DNA of 64,000 bases from Robiginitomaculum sp. (GCA_016765135.1 JAESQN010000044.1:1-64000), one strand, 5' to 3'; numbered from the stretch's first letter, positions 10,160 through 20,040 are shown. Notes: generated by a model from the letters alone, not told the origin. Program-made: numbers and translations.

Positions 10160-11383
10160 ATGTCAACAGCACCAGCTCTTGAACTAAGCGAGCAAGCTGA
10201 CGAACAAACCCCGCAGCAAAGTACGGTGCGCCGCGCTTTGGCCAAGCGTTTGTCGGATGTCATCTGTATCCCGTCTAGCCAATTACCACCGCAAGAACGT
10301 CATATGGCTGGTGATGTGTTGGTGGAACTTTTGCGCGACGCGGATATTGAACTGCGTGCCAGTGTCGCCAAACGATTGGTGATGCTTAACGAAGCCCCGC
10401 GCACGATATTGGTTCTTCTTGCCAAAGACGACATTGAAGTCGCCCGACATGTATTGGAAAGCAGCAAAAGCTTGACCGATTCGGATTTGATCCAGATTGC
10501 ACGCAAGGTTTCTACCGAACACCGTCTTACAATTTCCCAGCGCCGACATATATCCGATGCTGTGGTTGATGTTCTGGCAGAGTTTCTGGAAGAAGATGTG
10601 GTTGAAATGCTCCTTAAAAACAAGGGGGCACAATTTTCCGAAACGACTTTACAACGTATTTTGACGGTTTCGCGCCAGCATCAGCCCTATGTTGATCTCT
10701 TGGTCAAGCGCGATGAAGTCCGGCCTTCTCACGGCTTGACCATGTTTTGGTGGGCGGATAGCAAAACCCGTAAAACTATTTTACACCGCTTTGGTGTCAC
10801 TCGCGCCGTCTTGCAGCAAACTTGCGCTGATCTATATCCGCGTGCTGCCGCCGAAGGGTGGAATGACGAGCCCGTGCGCAAAGCTTTGCAGTTCATAGAG
10901 CGTCGCCAAAGAAACCGAGCCGCTATGGCGCGGTCAAAATATGGTACGCTGGAAAACGCGATTGAAGAAGCCGCACGCATTGGAATGAACCGGGAGTTGG
11001 CAGACGAGATTGCGTATATTGCCGGTATAAAGCCAGCTACGAGCGCACAAATACTTTCCGATAAAACCGGGGAGTCTTTGGCCATTTTGTGTAAAGCACC
11101 TGGTTTGCGCCGCAAGCATCTGTCAATGTTATGGCGGGCGTTGAAGCGGCCCGAAGTGATGGCAGACGGTTCGCCTAACCCGTTATTGGAAAATGTAATT
11201 TCCGTCTTTGATGCGATTTCTACGGATAATGCCCAAACTGTGCTTCGTTACTGGAATTGGTCCTTGACGTCGTCACTAACGCCAGAAGTTTTACGCTATA
11301 TCAAAAAGGGTCTCATCCCGAAAGAAGAAGATTACGGTGCCGCAGCTATCACCGCTGCCCTAGTATTTGGGAATCGCACCTAA
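10160..11383 (+). CDS. hypothetical helical-repeat protein (DUF2336-like)
   Basis: 407 aa, all-helical, repeated LxxLLxD-type segments, no TM. Family assignment is from memory only. Confidence 0.45.
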   Translation: MSTAPALELSEQADEQTPQQSTVRRALAKRLSDVICIPSSQLPPQERHMAGDVLVELLRDADIELRASVAKRLVMLNEAPRTILVLLAKDDIEVARHVLESSKSLTDSDLIQIARKVSTEHRLTISQRRHISDAVVDVLAEFLEEDVVEMLLKNKGAQFSETTLQRILTVSRQHQPYVDLLVKRDEVRPSHGLTMFWWADSKTRKTILHRFGVTRAVLQQTCADLYPRAAAEGWNDEPVRKALQFIERRQRNRAAMARSKYGTLENAIEEAARIGMNRELADEIAYIAGIKPATSAQILSDKTGESLAILCKAPGLRRKHLSMLWRALKRPEVMADGSPNPLLENVISVFDAISTDNAQTVLRYWNWSLTSSLTPEVLRYIKKGLIPKEEDYGAAAITAALVFGNRT

Positions 11384-11511
11384 AATTTTACTCAAGTCAA
11401 GATAATTTTTTATCAAAATGCTTCCGGTTTGGCTTGGCCCGACTGGTGAATGTCGCTATGTTGCCCTCAAATATCCAAAATAAGCAAAATAGGAAATGGA
11501 GGGGAGCAGAT

Positions 11512-12027
11512 ATGATACGTTCGGCGCTGATATTGCTAGTTCTGCTCGGGGCCTATTGGTTGGCCTTGTCGGGCTATCTTGATAATCCAGTTTTATTGAC
11601 CGTTGGGGCCATATCAGTTGTTCTGGTGGTAGCTATGGTTATGCGGATGGAAATCATGGATACGGAAACGGCCCCCTATTTTCACGGAAAATCTTTGGGG
11701 TATTTTGCCTGGATGTTTGTGCAGATCACCAAATCGAATGTGGAAGTGGTTAAAGCTATCCTGAGTCCGGACATGGAAATATCCCCAACAATGACCAAAG
11801 TCCCCATGCCTCATTCCACAGATATAGGTCGGGTTACATTCGCCAATTCCATTACTTTGACGCCGGGTACGGTTGCTATCGAAATGCAAGACGACACTAT
11901 ACTTGTACATGCTTTGTTGACAAGCATGACTGACCAGAAAGCTTTTGCGGAGATGGGGGAGCGGGCCGCCTGGGCGGTTAGCGACCCTATGTCGGGTAAC
12001 AATATTCAGCATGAGGGCGGCAAATGA
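11512..12027 (+). CDS. mrpE: Na+/H+ antiporter (Mrp/Pha/Mnh, CPA3) subunit E
   Basis: Two N-terminal TM helices then a soluble domain typical of MnhE. Internal ATG at 11512 with RBS GGAGG; the track ORF start at 11257 overlaps the upstream gene. Confidence 0.7.
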   Translation: MIRSALILLVLLGAYWLALSGYLDNPVLLTVGAISVVLVVAMVMRMEIMDTETAPYFHGKSLGYFAWMFVQITKSNVEVVKAILSPDMEISPTMTKVPMPHSTDIGRVTFANSITLTPGTVAIEMQDDTILVHALLTSMTDQKAFAEMGERAAWAVSDPMSGNNIQHEGGK

Positions 12028-12374
12028 CCCAGATGCTCTATTATATAAATATCGGCACAGCGTTTCTTCTCTTGATTGGCATGGCTTTGTTGCTGGCGCG
12101 GTTGTTATCCGGGCCTACCCTTTATGACCGGATTTTAGCGGTGAATTCCTTTGGCACCAAAACTGTGCTGTTCTTGGCCGTATTTGCCTTAATCATTGGG
12201 CGCGACGACGGTGTAGACATTGCCATTTTGTATGCGCTTATGAACTTTATTGCCACCATCGCAGTGCTGAAGTTTTTCCGCTATAGTGCGCTGGGCATAT
12301 CTTTGGATGACGATTTTATTGAGGATGAAGATACAGTGCCAAAGGCCAGTGAAAAAAAGGAGACGCCAATATGA
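12024..12374 (+). CDS. mrpF: Na+/H+ antiporter subunit F
   Basis: 116 aa, three TM helices; ATGA overlap with mrpE. Confidence 0.7.
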   Translation: MTQMLYYINIGTAFLLLIGMALLLARLLSGPTLYDRILAVNSFGTKTVLFLAVFALIIGRDDGVDIAILYALMNFIATIAVLKFFRYSALGISLDDDFIEDEDTVPKASEKKETPI

Positions 12375-12808
12375 GCGGCGAATTTTTCCACACGGCACAG
12401 ATGTTCATTGCAGGGGTGTTGATGATTGGCGGGGTGTTTTTCGTACTCGCCGGAGCTATTGGCGTGATCAGAATGCCGGATTTTTACACACGCATGCACG
12501 CGGCTGGTGTTACGGATACTTTGGGGGCGGAGCTGATCCTTCTTGGGCTGATTGTACAGGCCGGGTTTTCTCAAACTAGCATAAAATTAGTGTTTATTGC
12601 ATTCTTTTTGTTCCTGACCAGCCCAACCGCCACCCATGCCGTGGTCGGGGCGGCCTGGCAGTCCGGGCTGAAGCCCAAGCTTGGTAAGTATAAAGCGCCC
12701 GCACCAGGTGAACGCAAACCCAAGCCTAAACCCAAAGCCAAAAGAAAAGCCCCCGCCAAAACAGCGAAAAAAGCCCAAGCAGCGAAGAAACCGAAGGCAA
12801 AGACATGA
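12371..12808 (+). CDS. mrpG: Na+/H+ antiporter subunit G with a Lys/Pro/Ala-rich C-terminal tail
   Basis: MnhG-like three-TM core (…RMHAAGVTDTLG…), then ~45 aa KPKPKPKAKRKAPAKTAKKAQAAKKPKAKT. Confidence 0.7.
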   Translation: MSGEFFHTAQMFIAGVLMIGGVFFVLAGAIGVIRMPDFYTRMHAAGVTDTLGAELILLGLIVQAGFSQTSIKLVFIAFFLFLTSPTATHAVVGAAWQSGLKPKLGKYKAPAPGERKPKPKPKAKRKAPAKTAKKAQAAKKPKAKT

Positions 12809-13413
12809 ACTTCCTAACTCCGGCATTTATTTTGGATGTTGGCCTACTGGCCATGCTGGTCGTGGTGGCCTTTGCCGTAGTGCGTTTGCGCTCGCTGTTT
12901 GCCATTGTCATGTTGCAAGGTGTGTATTCTCTGATTTCCGCCGCCTGGTTCGTGTCTTTGGATGCGGTAGATGTGGCTTTTACTGAAGCTGCCGTTGGTG
13001 CGGGTATCTCCACGGTTTTGATGCTTGGTGCCATGCTTCTGACCGAACGTGAGGTTAAGCCCGTGCCCATGCGCAGGCAATGGGCGCCTTTGTTTATTGT
13101 TGTCATAACCGGGATGGCCATGTTTTATGCCATCGGCGACATGCCCGTGTTCGGGGATCCAAATTCTATAGCCAATGCGACCCTTGGGGTTGAATATGTC
13201 GAGGCGACCAAGAGCCAGATTATCATCCCCAATGTCGTATCCGCCGTACTTGCCAGTTACCGGGGCTATGATACATTTGGCGAGACGGTCGTGGTCTTTG
13301 TGGCCGGACTTGGTATTGTGCTTTTACTCGGCCTAAACGGCAATGCTGGTAAATGGCGGGCCAAGCCTAATGGGCAGGACGTTAGCCAAATCGGTGCGGA
13401 GGATGCATCATGA
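12805..13413 (+). CDS. MrpA C-terminal-domain-like / MnhB-like membrane protein (DUF4040-type), MbhD/E-like
   Basis: 202 aa polytopic; resembles the MrpB-like domain normally fused to the MrpA C-terminus; ATGA coupling. Confidence 0.5.
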   Translation: MNFLTPAFILDVGLLAMLVVVAFAVVRLRSLFAIVMLQGVYSLISAAWFVSLDAVDVAFTEAAVGAGISTVLMLGAMLLTEREVKPVPMRRQWAPLFIVVITGMAMFYAIGDMPVFGDPNSIANATLGVEYVEATKSQIIIPNVVSAVLASYRGYDTFGETVVVFVAGLGIVLLLGLNGNAGKWRAKPNGQDVSQIGAEDAS

Positions 13414-13928
13414 AGCCCCAATCAAAGACAAGATTCAAACCAATGCCTGAGCGCAGCGAAAACCAGCATGTTATTTTGCGGGTTGTCGCCAAACTTCTGA
13501 TCCCGCTCATTGCCGTTTATGGGCTTTATGTGCATTTCCACGGTGATTATGGGCCAGGCGGTGGGTTTCAGGCCGGGGTGATATTTGCGTCTTCCATTAT
13601 ACTTTATGCATTGATATTCGGTCTGGACGAAGCCAAACGCGTGGTACCGCCGTCCTGGATACGTATCATTATGAGTTTGGGCGTGTTGGTATTTGGCGGT
13701 ACCGGGGTGGCCACATGGCTGCTGGGCGGTGAATATCTCAATTACACTATGTTCGCACCAGACAGCACCCATGCTGCCGGGCAGCATTGGGGTATATTTG
13801 CGGTGGAAATTGGTGTGCTCTTAACAGTGACCAGTGTCATTTTGGCGATTTTTTATGCCTTTGGTTCGCGTGGGGGTTCGCGCCGGGGCTCACACAGCCC
13901 CAATCCGGTGGATGGGGACAAGTCATGA
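13410..13928 (+). CDS. mrpB: Na+/H+ antiporter subunit B
   Basis: 172 aa, four TM helices, MnhB-like; ATGA coupling. Confidence 0.65.
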   Translation: MKPQSKTRFKPMPERSENQHVILRVVAKLLIPLIAVYGLYVHFHGDYGPGGGFQAGVIFASSIILYALIFGLDEAKRVVPPSWIRIIMSLGVLVFGGTGVATWLLGGEYLNYTMFAPDSTHAAGQHWGIFAVEIGVLLTVTSVILAIFYAFGSRGGSRRGSHSPNPVDGDKS

Positions 13929-14383
13929 CAATGGTGTTTGAGCATTTCAATTTTGCCGTGGTTATTGTTTTGATGATGACCGGACTTTTTGCCGTTTTTG
14001 CTTCCCATAATATGATCAAAAAACTGGTCGGTCTTTCGGTGTTTCAAACATCGGTTTTCCTTTTGTATATCAGCCTAAGCAAGGTAACAGGCGGGCGACC
14101 TCCGGTTCTTTCCAAGAAAGAACTGCACGGATATGGCGACAGTTATGCCAAAGCGGGGGATGGTGCGGACGCGGCCTATAAAACGGTTGAGAAGACAGCC
14201 GAGATTATTTACTCCAACCCATTGCCCCATGTTTTAATCCTGACCGCCATTGTGGTCGGGGTAGCGACTTTGGCCATTGGTCTGGCTTTGGTGGTGCGCA
14301 CCCGCGAAGAATACGGCAGTATCGAAGAAGACGAAATCGACGCGTATAATTACCAAGATAATCTTGAGGGAGTTTCGCGCTAA
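13925..14383 (+). CDS. mrpC: Na+/H+ antiporter subunit C (NuoK-like)
   Basis: Internal ATG at 13925 overlaps the mrpB stop. Three TM helices, NuoK-like N-terminus MTMVFEHFNFAVVIVLMMTGLF. Confidence 0.7.
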   Translation: MTMVFEHFNFAVVIVLMMTGLFAVFASHNMIKKLVGLSVFQTSVFLLYISLSKVTGGRPPVLSKKELHGYGDSYAKAGDGADAAYKTVEKTAEIIYSNPLPHVLILTAIVVGVATLAIGLALVVRTREEYGSIEEDEIDAYNYQDNLEGVSR

Positions 14384-15966
14384 TGGATTTGCTGTCTCTT
14401 TTCCCTGAATGGGTGCTTGTCCACGGGCCTGCGGCTATTGTCGTCCTGCCGTTGATGTTTGGTGCCCTGGTGGCCCTCAGCCCTAGCGAAAAATTGTCAT
14501 GGGCGACCACATGGATTGTCACCGGCCTAAGCGGTTTGATGTCTTTGGGCTTATTGTTGCAGGTCATTTCCCACGGCCCTATTGGCTATGCTATGGGCGG
14601 GTGGAAACCACCTTTGGGGATTGCCTACAGTGTCGATGCGCTAAACGCGCCCATATTATTGCTGATATCTGTCGTGGCATTTATATGCACGATTTATGCT
14701 TTACCCAGCGTGGTCGCCGAGGTCGGGCCTAAGAAACGCAGTACGTTTTATGCGGTATTTTTGCTCAGTTTTGCCGGGCTTATGGGCATGGTGGCAACGG
14801 CGGATGCGTTTAATGTATTCGTATTTTTAGAGATATCCAGTATCTCGACCTATGCGCTGGTTGCCATGGGTTCCAGCCGTGACCGCCGGGCATTGCCGTC
14901 CAGCTTTAATTATCTGATTATGGGTAGTATTGGCGCGACATTTTTCGTCATTGGCATCGGGTTTTTATACATGCAAACCGGGACGCTTAACATGATGGAT
15001 ATGGCGCGGGTGTTGCAAGACATAGGCCCCGGTGACCGGGTCGTGCAATTGGCATTTGCGTTTATCGTCATCGGGCTTGGTTTGAAATTGGCCATGTTTC
15101 CCCTGCACACTTGGCTCCCAACTGCCTATGCCTATGCGCCCAGTTTTTTCACGGCATTTCTGGCGGCCACGGCCACCAAGGCGGCCCTGTATTTACTGAT
15201 GCGTTTCACATTCACCGTCTTTGATCCAAGCTGGGACTTTATCAGTACGGCTTTGATGGTCATAATTGCGGGCCTGGGTACTATCGGCATGTTGGCGGCC
15301 AGCTTACAGGCGATTTTCCAAAGTGATATTCGCCGGGTGTTGGCGTTTTCTTCTGTGGCCCAGGTCGGGTATATTTTACTCGGCATCGGTATGGCCACGA
15401 CGCTTGGCTTGACCGCTGGTTATTTGCACATCCTTAATCACGCCGTCATGAAGGGGGCTTTGTTTTTGGCAGTTGGGGCATTTTGGTACCGTTTTGGTAT
15501 TACAAAAGTTTCGGACATGCGCGGGCTTGGTAAGACCATGCCGTGGACTATGGCCGGGTTCACAATTGCGGGTTTGTCTTTAATCGGTGTGCCGGGAACG
15601 GTCGGGTTTGTATCTAAATTGGCCCTAGTGCAGGCTGCGGCGGAAAATGGCTGGTGGTGGGCTATCGGTGTCATCGTTGTGTCGTCCGTTTTGGCCATTG
15701 TCTATGTTGGCCGTATGATCGAGCAAGCTTATTTTCAGCCTGTTCCGAAAATCAATGACAGATACATAAAGCGCAATGAAGCACCTTTGATGATGCTGAT
15801 CCCTTTATGGACGTTGGCGCTGGCATCGGTGGCATTTGGTATAAATTCCCATTGGCCTATGTCTTTGGCCCAAGGCGCCGCACAGGTTTTGAATGATGGG
15901 CCAATATTGCTAATCCGCGAAACCATGCCAGCCATACCAGCCATACCAAGCACGGGAGGGCATTGA
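14383..15966 (+). CDS. mrpD: Mrp subunit D-like proton-pumping antiporter subunit (NuoN/NuoM family), copy 1
   Basis: 527 aa, ~14 TM; antiporter-like motifs WLPTAYAYAP, broken-helix region. Confidence 0.8.
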   Translation: MDLLSLFPEWVLVHGPAAIVVLPLMFGALVALSPSEKLSWATTWIVTGLSGLMSLGLLLQVISHGPIGYAMGGWKPPLGIAYSVDALNAPILLLISVVAFICTIYALPSVVAEVGPKKRSTFYAVFLLSFAGLMGMVATADAFNVFVFLEISSISTYALVAMGSSRDRRALPSSFNYLIMGSIGATFFVIGIGFLYMQTGTLNMMDMARVLQDIGPGDRVVQLAFAFIVIGLGLKLAMFPLHTWLPTAYAYAPSFFTAFLAATATKAALYLLMRFTFTVFDPSWDFISTALMVIIAGLGTIGMLAASLQAIFQSDIRRVLAFSSVAQVGYILLGIGMATTLGLTAGYLHILNHAVMKGALFLAVGAFWYRFGITKVSDMRGLGKTMPWTMAGFTIAGLSLIGVPGTVGFVSKLALVQAAAENGWWWAIGVIVVSSVLAIVYVGRMIEQAYFQPVPKINDRYIKRNEAPLMMLIPLWTLALASVAFGINSHWPMSLAQGAAQVLNDGPILLIRETMPAIPAIPSTGGH

Positions 15967-15967
15967 T

Positions 15968-17464
15968 ATGACCGCGCAATTAGCTCTTATATTGATATTA
16001 CTTATCCCTGCGGTCGCGGCGGTGCTTATTCCCGTTGTCGGGAGCAGGCCAAATGTGCGCGAAGCCGTTTCGATACTTGCGGGTGTGCTTTTGTTGGGTA
16101 CGGTCATATGGCTGGTGCATCATGTGGGGCTTTCGCCCGACAACCGCCCTGAATTGTTCTTGATAGAATTCGCTGGCGGGTTTGAACTTAAACTAAAGCT
16201 TGAACCCTTGGGTGCCGTATTTGCCGCCATTGCCAGCTCGCTTTGGTTGGTCAATACGGTCTTCACCATTGGCTATATGCGCGGCAATAAAGAGAATAAC
16301 CAGACGCGGTTTTACATATGTGTGGCCATAGCCATTTCCGCCGTCATGGGTATTGCCAGCTCTGCCAATTTGATCACCCTGTTTGTGTTTTACGAAATCC
16401 TGACCCTGTCAACCTTCCCGCTCGTCACCCACAAGGGTGATGCTAAGGCCAAAAAGGGTGGACGGATTTATCTGATGATATTGATGGCGACGTCGCTCGG
16501 GTTGCTCCTGCCTGCTATCGTCGTCACCCATGTTTTGGCCGGAACCACCGATTTTCAGGTCGGCGGCATTTTCCCGGACGGTTTTTCTACATTTGCCGCC
16601 AGTATATTATTGTTCCTGTTTGCATTTGGGATTGGCAAGGCCGCTTTGATGCCGATCCATCCTTGGTTGCCAAACGCTATGGTGGCCCCAACCCCGGTTA
16701 GTGCGCTGTTACATGCGGTTGCAGTGGTCAAGGCCGGTGTGTTCACCATGCTGAAGGTCACGGTTTATATTTTCGGGCCGGATTTGATGGGCGAGACACC
16801 TGCCAGCACGGTGCTGGTCTGGGTGGCCGCCATTACCATTGTGCTGGCCTCGATCATTGCTTTGCGCAAGGATAATCTCAAGGCACGGCTGGCCTATTCC
16901 ACCATCAGCCAGTTGGCCTATATTACGCTGGGGGCCATGCTGGCCACGTCATTTGCCATTGTTGGCGGCGGCTTGCAGATCATTATGCATGCCTGGGGCA
17001 AGATCACATTGTTTATGTGTGCGGGCGCGATTTATACGGTGGTACACCGCACGGAAATCAGCAGTTTGAACGGGCTGGGGCGTTCCATGCCCTGGGTGTT
17101 TGGTGCGTTTTTGGTGGGTGCGCTGTCGATTATTGGTGTGCCGCCTATGGGTGGTTCCTGGCCGAAGTTTTTCTTGATGATGGGGGCGCTCGATGCCGGG
17201 CAACAGGCCATATTGTGGGTGTTGATTTTGTCTTCACTACTGAATGTTGCTTATCTGATACCGGTTGCCGCACGGGGGTTCTTGCTCAAGCCTGACAACC
17301 CGCGCTCGGATGCACAAATTGCGGCCCAGCTAAGCAAACACCGCCTTGTCCGTTTTACGCCCGTGTTTACGGCTGGCGGCGCATTCGTCTTGTTCTTTTT
17401 CATAGGCCCGTTGGTGGATTACCTTAAACCCATACTGCCTGCCCATATGACCGGAGGTCTGTGA
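15968..17464 (+). CDS. Mrp subunit D-like antiporter subunit (NuoM/N family), copy 2
   Basis: 498 aa; HPWLPNAMVAPTPVSALLHAVAVVKAGV motif typical of the NuoL/M/N-MrpA/D family. Confidence 0.8.
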   Translation: MTAQLALILILLIPAVAAVLIPVVGSRPNVREAVSILAGVLLLGTVIWLVHHVGLSPDNRPELFLIEFAGGFELKLKLEPLGAVFAAIASSLWLVNTVFTIGYMRGNKENNQTRFYICVAIAISAVMGIASSANLITLFVFYEILTLSTFPLVTHKGDAKAKKGGRIYLMILMATSLGLLLPAIVVTHVLAGTTDFQVGGIFPDGFSTFAASILLFLFAFGIGKAALMPIHPWLPNAMVAPTPVSALLHAVAVVKAGVFTMLKVTVYIFGPDLMGETPASTVLVWVAAITIVLASIIALRKDNLKARLAYSTISQLAYITLGAMLATSFAIVGGGLQIIMHAWGKITLFMCAGAIYTVVHRTEISSLNGLGRSMPWVFGAFLVGALSIIGVPPMGGSWPKFFLMMGALDAGQQAILWVLILSSLLNVAYLIPVAARGFLLKPDNPRSDAQIAAQLSKHRLVRFTPVFTAGGAFVLFFFIGPLVDYLKPILPAHMTGGL

Positions 17465-17838
17465 TGAGTGATAATAATAAACCCACTTTAACGCCGCAAG
17501 AGATCGTTGACCGCGCCGAAGCCCATCCTGCGGCCGTGCCGTTTTTATGGCTTGGTAGCAAGCAGACCCAGCGTAATTTTATCTATATACCTTTGGCAGG
17601 CATGATTATTTTTTCTATCCTCGGATTTTTGTATCCGCCGAAATACCCGACATTGTGGGAGTCTGGTTTGCGGTATGCCGCTATCGGGTTTTTCTCCTAT
17701 AGCTTTGTTGTGCTGATGGCGCGTCCCTTGTTTAAACTCCTGTCCCGACCAGAAAATTATTATGGTGAGGACGGAGAGGATAGCGAAGATGGGGAAGATG
17801 ATATAGAGCCAGTTGACGGGGAGGGCGATAATGTTTGA
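17464..17838 (+). CDS. small membrane protein with acidic C-terminal tail, hypothetical, embedded in the mrp cluster
   Basis: ATG overlaps the stop of the preceding gene (tgATG) with GGAGG 8 nt upstream. Two TM helices, then GEDGEDSEDGEDDIEPVDGEGDNV. Confidence 0.35.
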   Translation: MSDNNKPTLTPQEIVDRAEAHPAAVPFLWLGSKQTQRNFIYIPLAGMIIFSILGFLYPPKYPTLWESGLRYAAIGFFSYSFVVLMARPLFKLLSRPENYYGEDGEDSEDGEDDIEPVDGEGDNV

Positions 17839-19591
17839 ATTTCTGACCTCCTTTAGCCCGGCATTTATTCTCATTGCCGCTGGTGTCTTGGCCGGGTTTA
17901 TCCCAAGCTCGAGCATAAGTTCGCACCTGCGTAAAGTGCTGCTCGTTGGCGCACCTGCTTTGGCGCTGGTGTTGATCAACACCATATATTTTTCGCAAAA
18001 TGAAAGCACCTATCTTGGCGGGAGTATGTCATTTGCCAACATTGAGCTGACCACATTACGCATTGATAGTCTCAGTATTATCTGGGGCTACATCTTTTGT
18101 GTTGCCGGGATATTGAACGGTATTTTCGCTCTGCACGAAAAGTGCAAAATCACGGATACCAGTGCGCTTATTTACACGGGTGCGGGTATAGGGGCGGTGT
18201 TTGCCGGGGATTTAATCACTCTGTTTATCTTCTGGGAAATTTTGGCTTTGTCTTCTGTGTTCATTGTTTGGCGCGGTGGGCCTAAATCCTATCCGGCAGG
18301 TATGCGTTATCTGGCTATGCATATATTGTCCGGCGTGCTCTTGTTGGCCGGGCTGGTGATTTATGGCCGTGCGACAGGGTCTTATGCCTTTAATAATATC
18401 GGTATTGATGCGCCGGGTGGTTGGTTGATCTTACTGGCCTTTGGCATCAAGGCCGGCTTTCCGTTCTTGCATAACTGGATGCAGGATGCTTATCCGCGCT
18501 CCAGTGTGACGGGCACGGTTATCCTGTCGGTATTTACCACTAAATTGGCAATTTATACTCTGGCACGCGGGTATGCCGGAACCGAAATTTTGATCTATAT
18601 CGGCGCGGTGATGACCGTATTCCCGGTGTTTTTTGCCGTGTTGGAAAACGATTTGCGCAAAGTGCTGTCCTATAGTTTGAATAACCAACTTGGTTATATG
18701 GTCTGCGGCATTGGCATTGGTACGCAGCTGGCTCTGAACGGAGCGGCCGCTCATATGGTTGTCCATATATTGTATAAGTCCTTGTTGTTCATGAGTATGG
18801 GTGCGGTATTGCACCGGGTCGGTACGATCAAAGCTTCCGAACTTGGCGGCCTGTTTCGCTCCATGCCGTACACGGCGGTTTTTTGTATAATCGGGGCGGC
18901 GGCGATTTCTGCCGTGCCGTTCTTTAGCGGTTTTGTTGCCAAATCCATGATCCTTGCGGCCGTGTTTGAGGGCGGTTATTTTGTCGTATTTGCGATGCTG
19001 TTATTTGCCTCTGCCGGGGTGTTGGAGCATAGCGGGATCAAAGTGCCGTATTTCACGTTTTTTGCCCATGACAGCGGCAAACGCGTCAAAGAGGCACCGT
19101 GGAATATGTTGGCTGCCATGGGCATTACTGCATTTCTCTGTATTTATCTTGCCATACCCGGCCCTTATGGCGGTATGCAGTATTTGTATAATTTGTTGCC
19201 GAGCGAAGTAGCAGGTGCCGCCAAGTTCAATCCTTATACTGCCAGCCATGTTATTTTCCAAATGCAATTGATCATGGCGGCGATGTTCGCCTTTGCCCTG
19301 CTCAAGCGCTACGGGCTATATCCTGCGGAACGCCGGGCGCAAATTCTTGATTTCGACTGGACATATAGGCGTCTTGGTTTGGCTTTGGTGAAATGGGTCA
19401 GCGCCATATGGACGCGCCTTGGTGCTTTTGCCACATATAAGCTCAAGAATTTTTTCAGCAATATCGGTCGACGCATGTATCAAGTGTTCAGCCCGGCAGG
19501 TACGTTTTCCCAAGACGCGCCTAGCGGGATTGCCGCCGTGATGATTTCTGGCATGTTGGTGGCGGTGTTGCTGGTTGTGTATTTTTTATAG
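17831..19591 (+). CDS. MrpA N-terminal-domain-like antiporter subunit (NuoL family), lacking the fused MrpB-like domain
   Basis: 586 aa. Motifs WEILALSSVFIVW, HMVVHILYKSLLFMSMGAVLH are NuoL/MrpA-like. ATG at 17831 with GGGGAGGG RBS. Confidence 0.75.
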   Translation: MFEFLTSFSPAFILIAAGVLAGFIPSSSISSHLRKVLLVGAPALALVLINTIYFSQNESTYLGGSMSFANIELTTLRIDSLSIIWGYIFCVAGILNGIFALHEKCKITDTSALIYTGAGIGAVFAGDLITLFIFWEILALSSVFIVWRGGPKSYPAGMRYLAMHILSGVLLLAGLVIYGRATGSYAFNNIGIDAPGGWLILLAFGIKAGFPFLHNWMQDAYPRSSVTGTVILSVFTTKLAIYTLARGYAGTEILIYIGAVMTVFPVFFAVLENDLRKVLSYSLNNQLGYMVCGIGIGTQLALNGAAAHMVVHILYKSLLFMSMGAVLHRVGTIKASELGGLFRSMPYTAVFCIIGAAAISAVPFFSGFVAKSMILAAVFEGGYFVVFAMLLFASAGVLEHSGIKVPYFTFFAHDSGKRVKEAPWNMLAAMGITAFLCIYLAIPGPYGGMQYLYNLLPSEVAGAAKFNPYTASHVIFQMQLIMAAMFAFALLKRYGLYPAERRAQILDFDWTYRRLGLALVKWVSAIWTRLGAFATYKLKNFFSNIGRRMYQVFSPAGTFSQDAPSGIAAVMISGMLVAVLLVVYFL

Positions 19592-19614
19592 GCACATGAT
19601 ATTTAGGCAATAAA

Positions 19615-20001
19615 ATGGACGACAAAGAAAACCTGCTAGAACTCACAACTGACCTGGTTGCCGCCTATGTCAGCAATAACACTATTGAACCGGACGCTTT
19701 ACCAGGTTTGATCAGTTCAGTTTACCAAGCTCTTGAGCAAACCATGCTAGAAGAGGAAACTGCTGAGAAGCCTGTGCCCGCCGTACCAATAGACCAATCC
19801 GTAGGTGATGACGGCATTGTTTGTCTTGAAGACGGTCAAAGCTATAAATCGTTAAAACGACATCTGCGCACCCAGCACGGCATGACCCCGAAAGTCTATA
19901 GGGAAAAATGGGGCCTGCCTGCTGATTATCCAATGGTAGCCTTAAATTACTCCAAAGAGCGCTCCCGCCTGGCCAAACGTACTGGCTTAGGAAAATCTTG
20001 A
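19615..20001 (+). CDS. mucR: MucR/Ros family transcriptional regulator (prokaryotic C2H2-type zinc finger)
   Basis: Ros-box [54 protein letters not shown]. The second zinc ligand is Asp (CLED) rather than Cys. Confidence 0.8.
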   Translation: MDDKENLLELTTDLVAAYVSNNTIEPDALPGLISSVYQALEQTMLEEETAEKPVPAVPIDQSVGDDGIVCLEDGQSYKSLKRHLRTQHGMTPKVYREKWGLPADYPMVALNYSKERSRLAKRTGLGKS

Positions 20002-20040
20002 CCACGGCCTATCGGGTTTCTGTGTGTTCGGGGTATAAGT

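Noticed and set aside
10283-11119. Minus-strand ORFs (116, 107, 128, 61 aa) inside the DUF2336-like gene
   Set aside because: Antisense to a longer, coupled plus-strand gene; typical GC-rich shadow ORFs.
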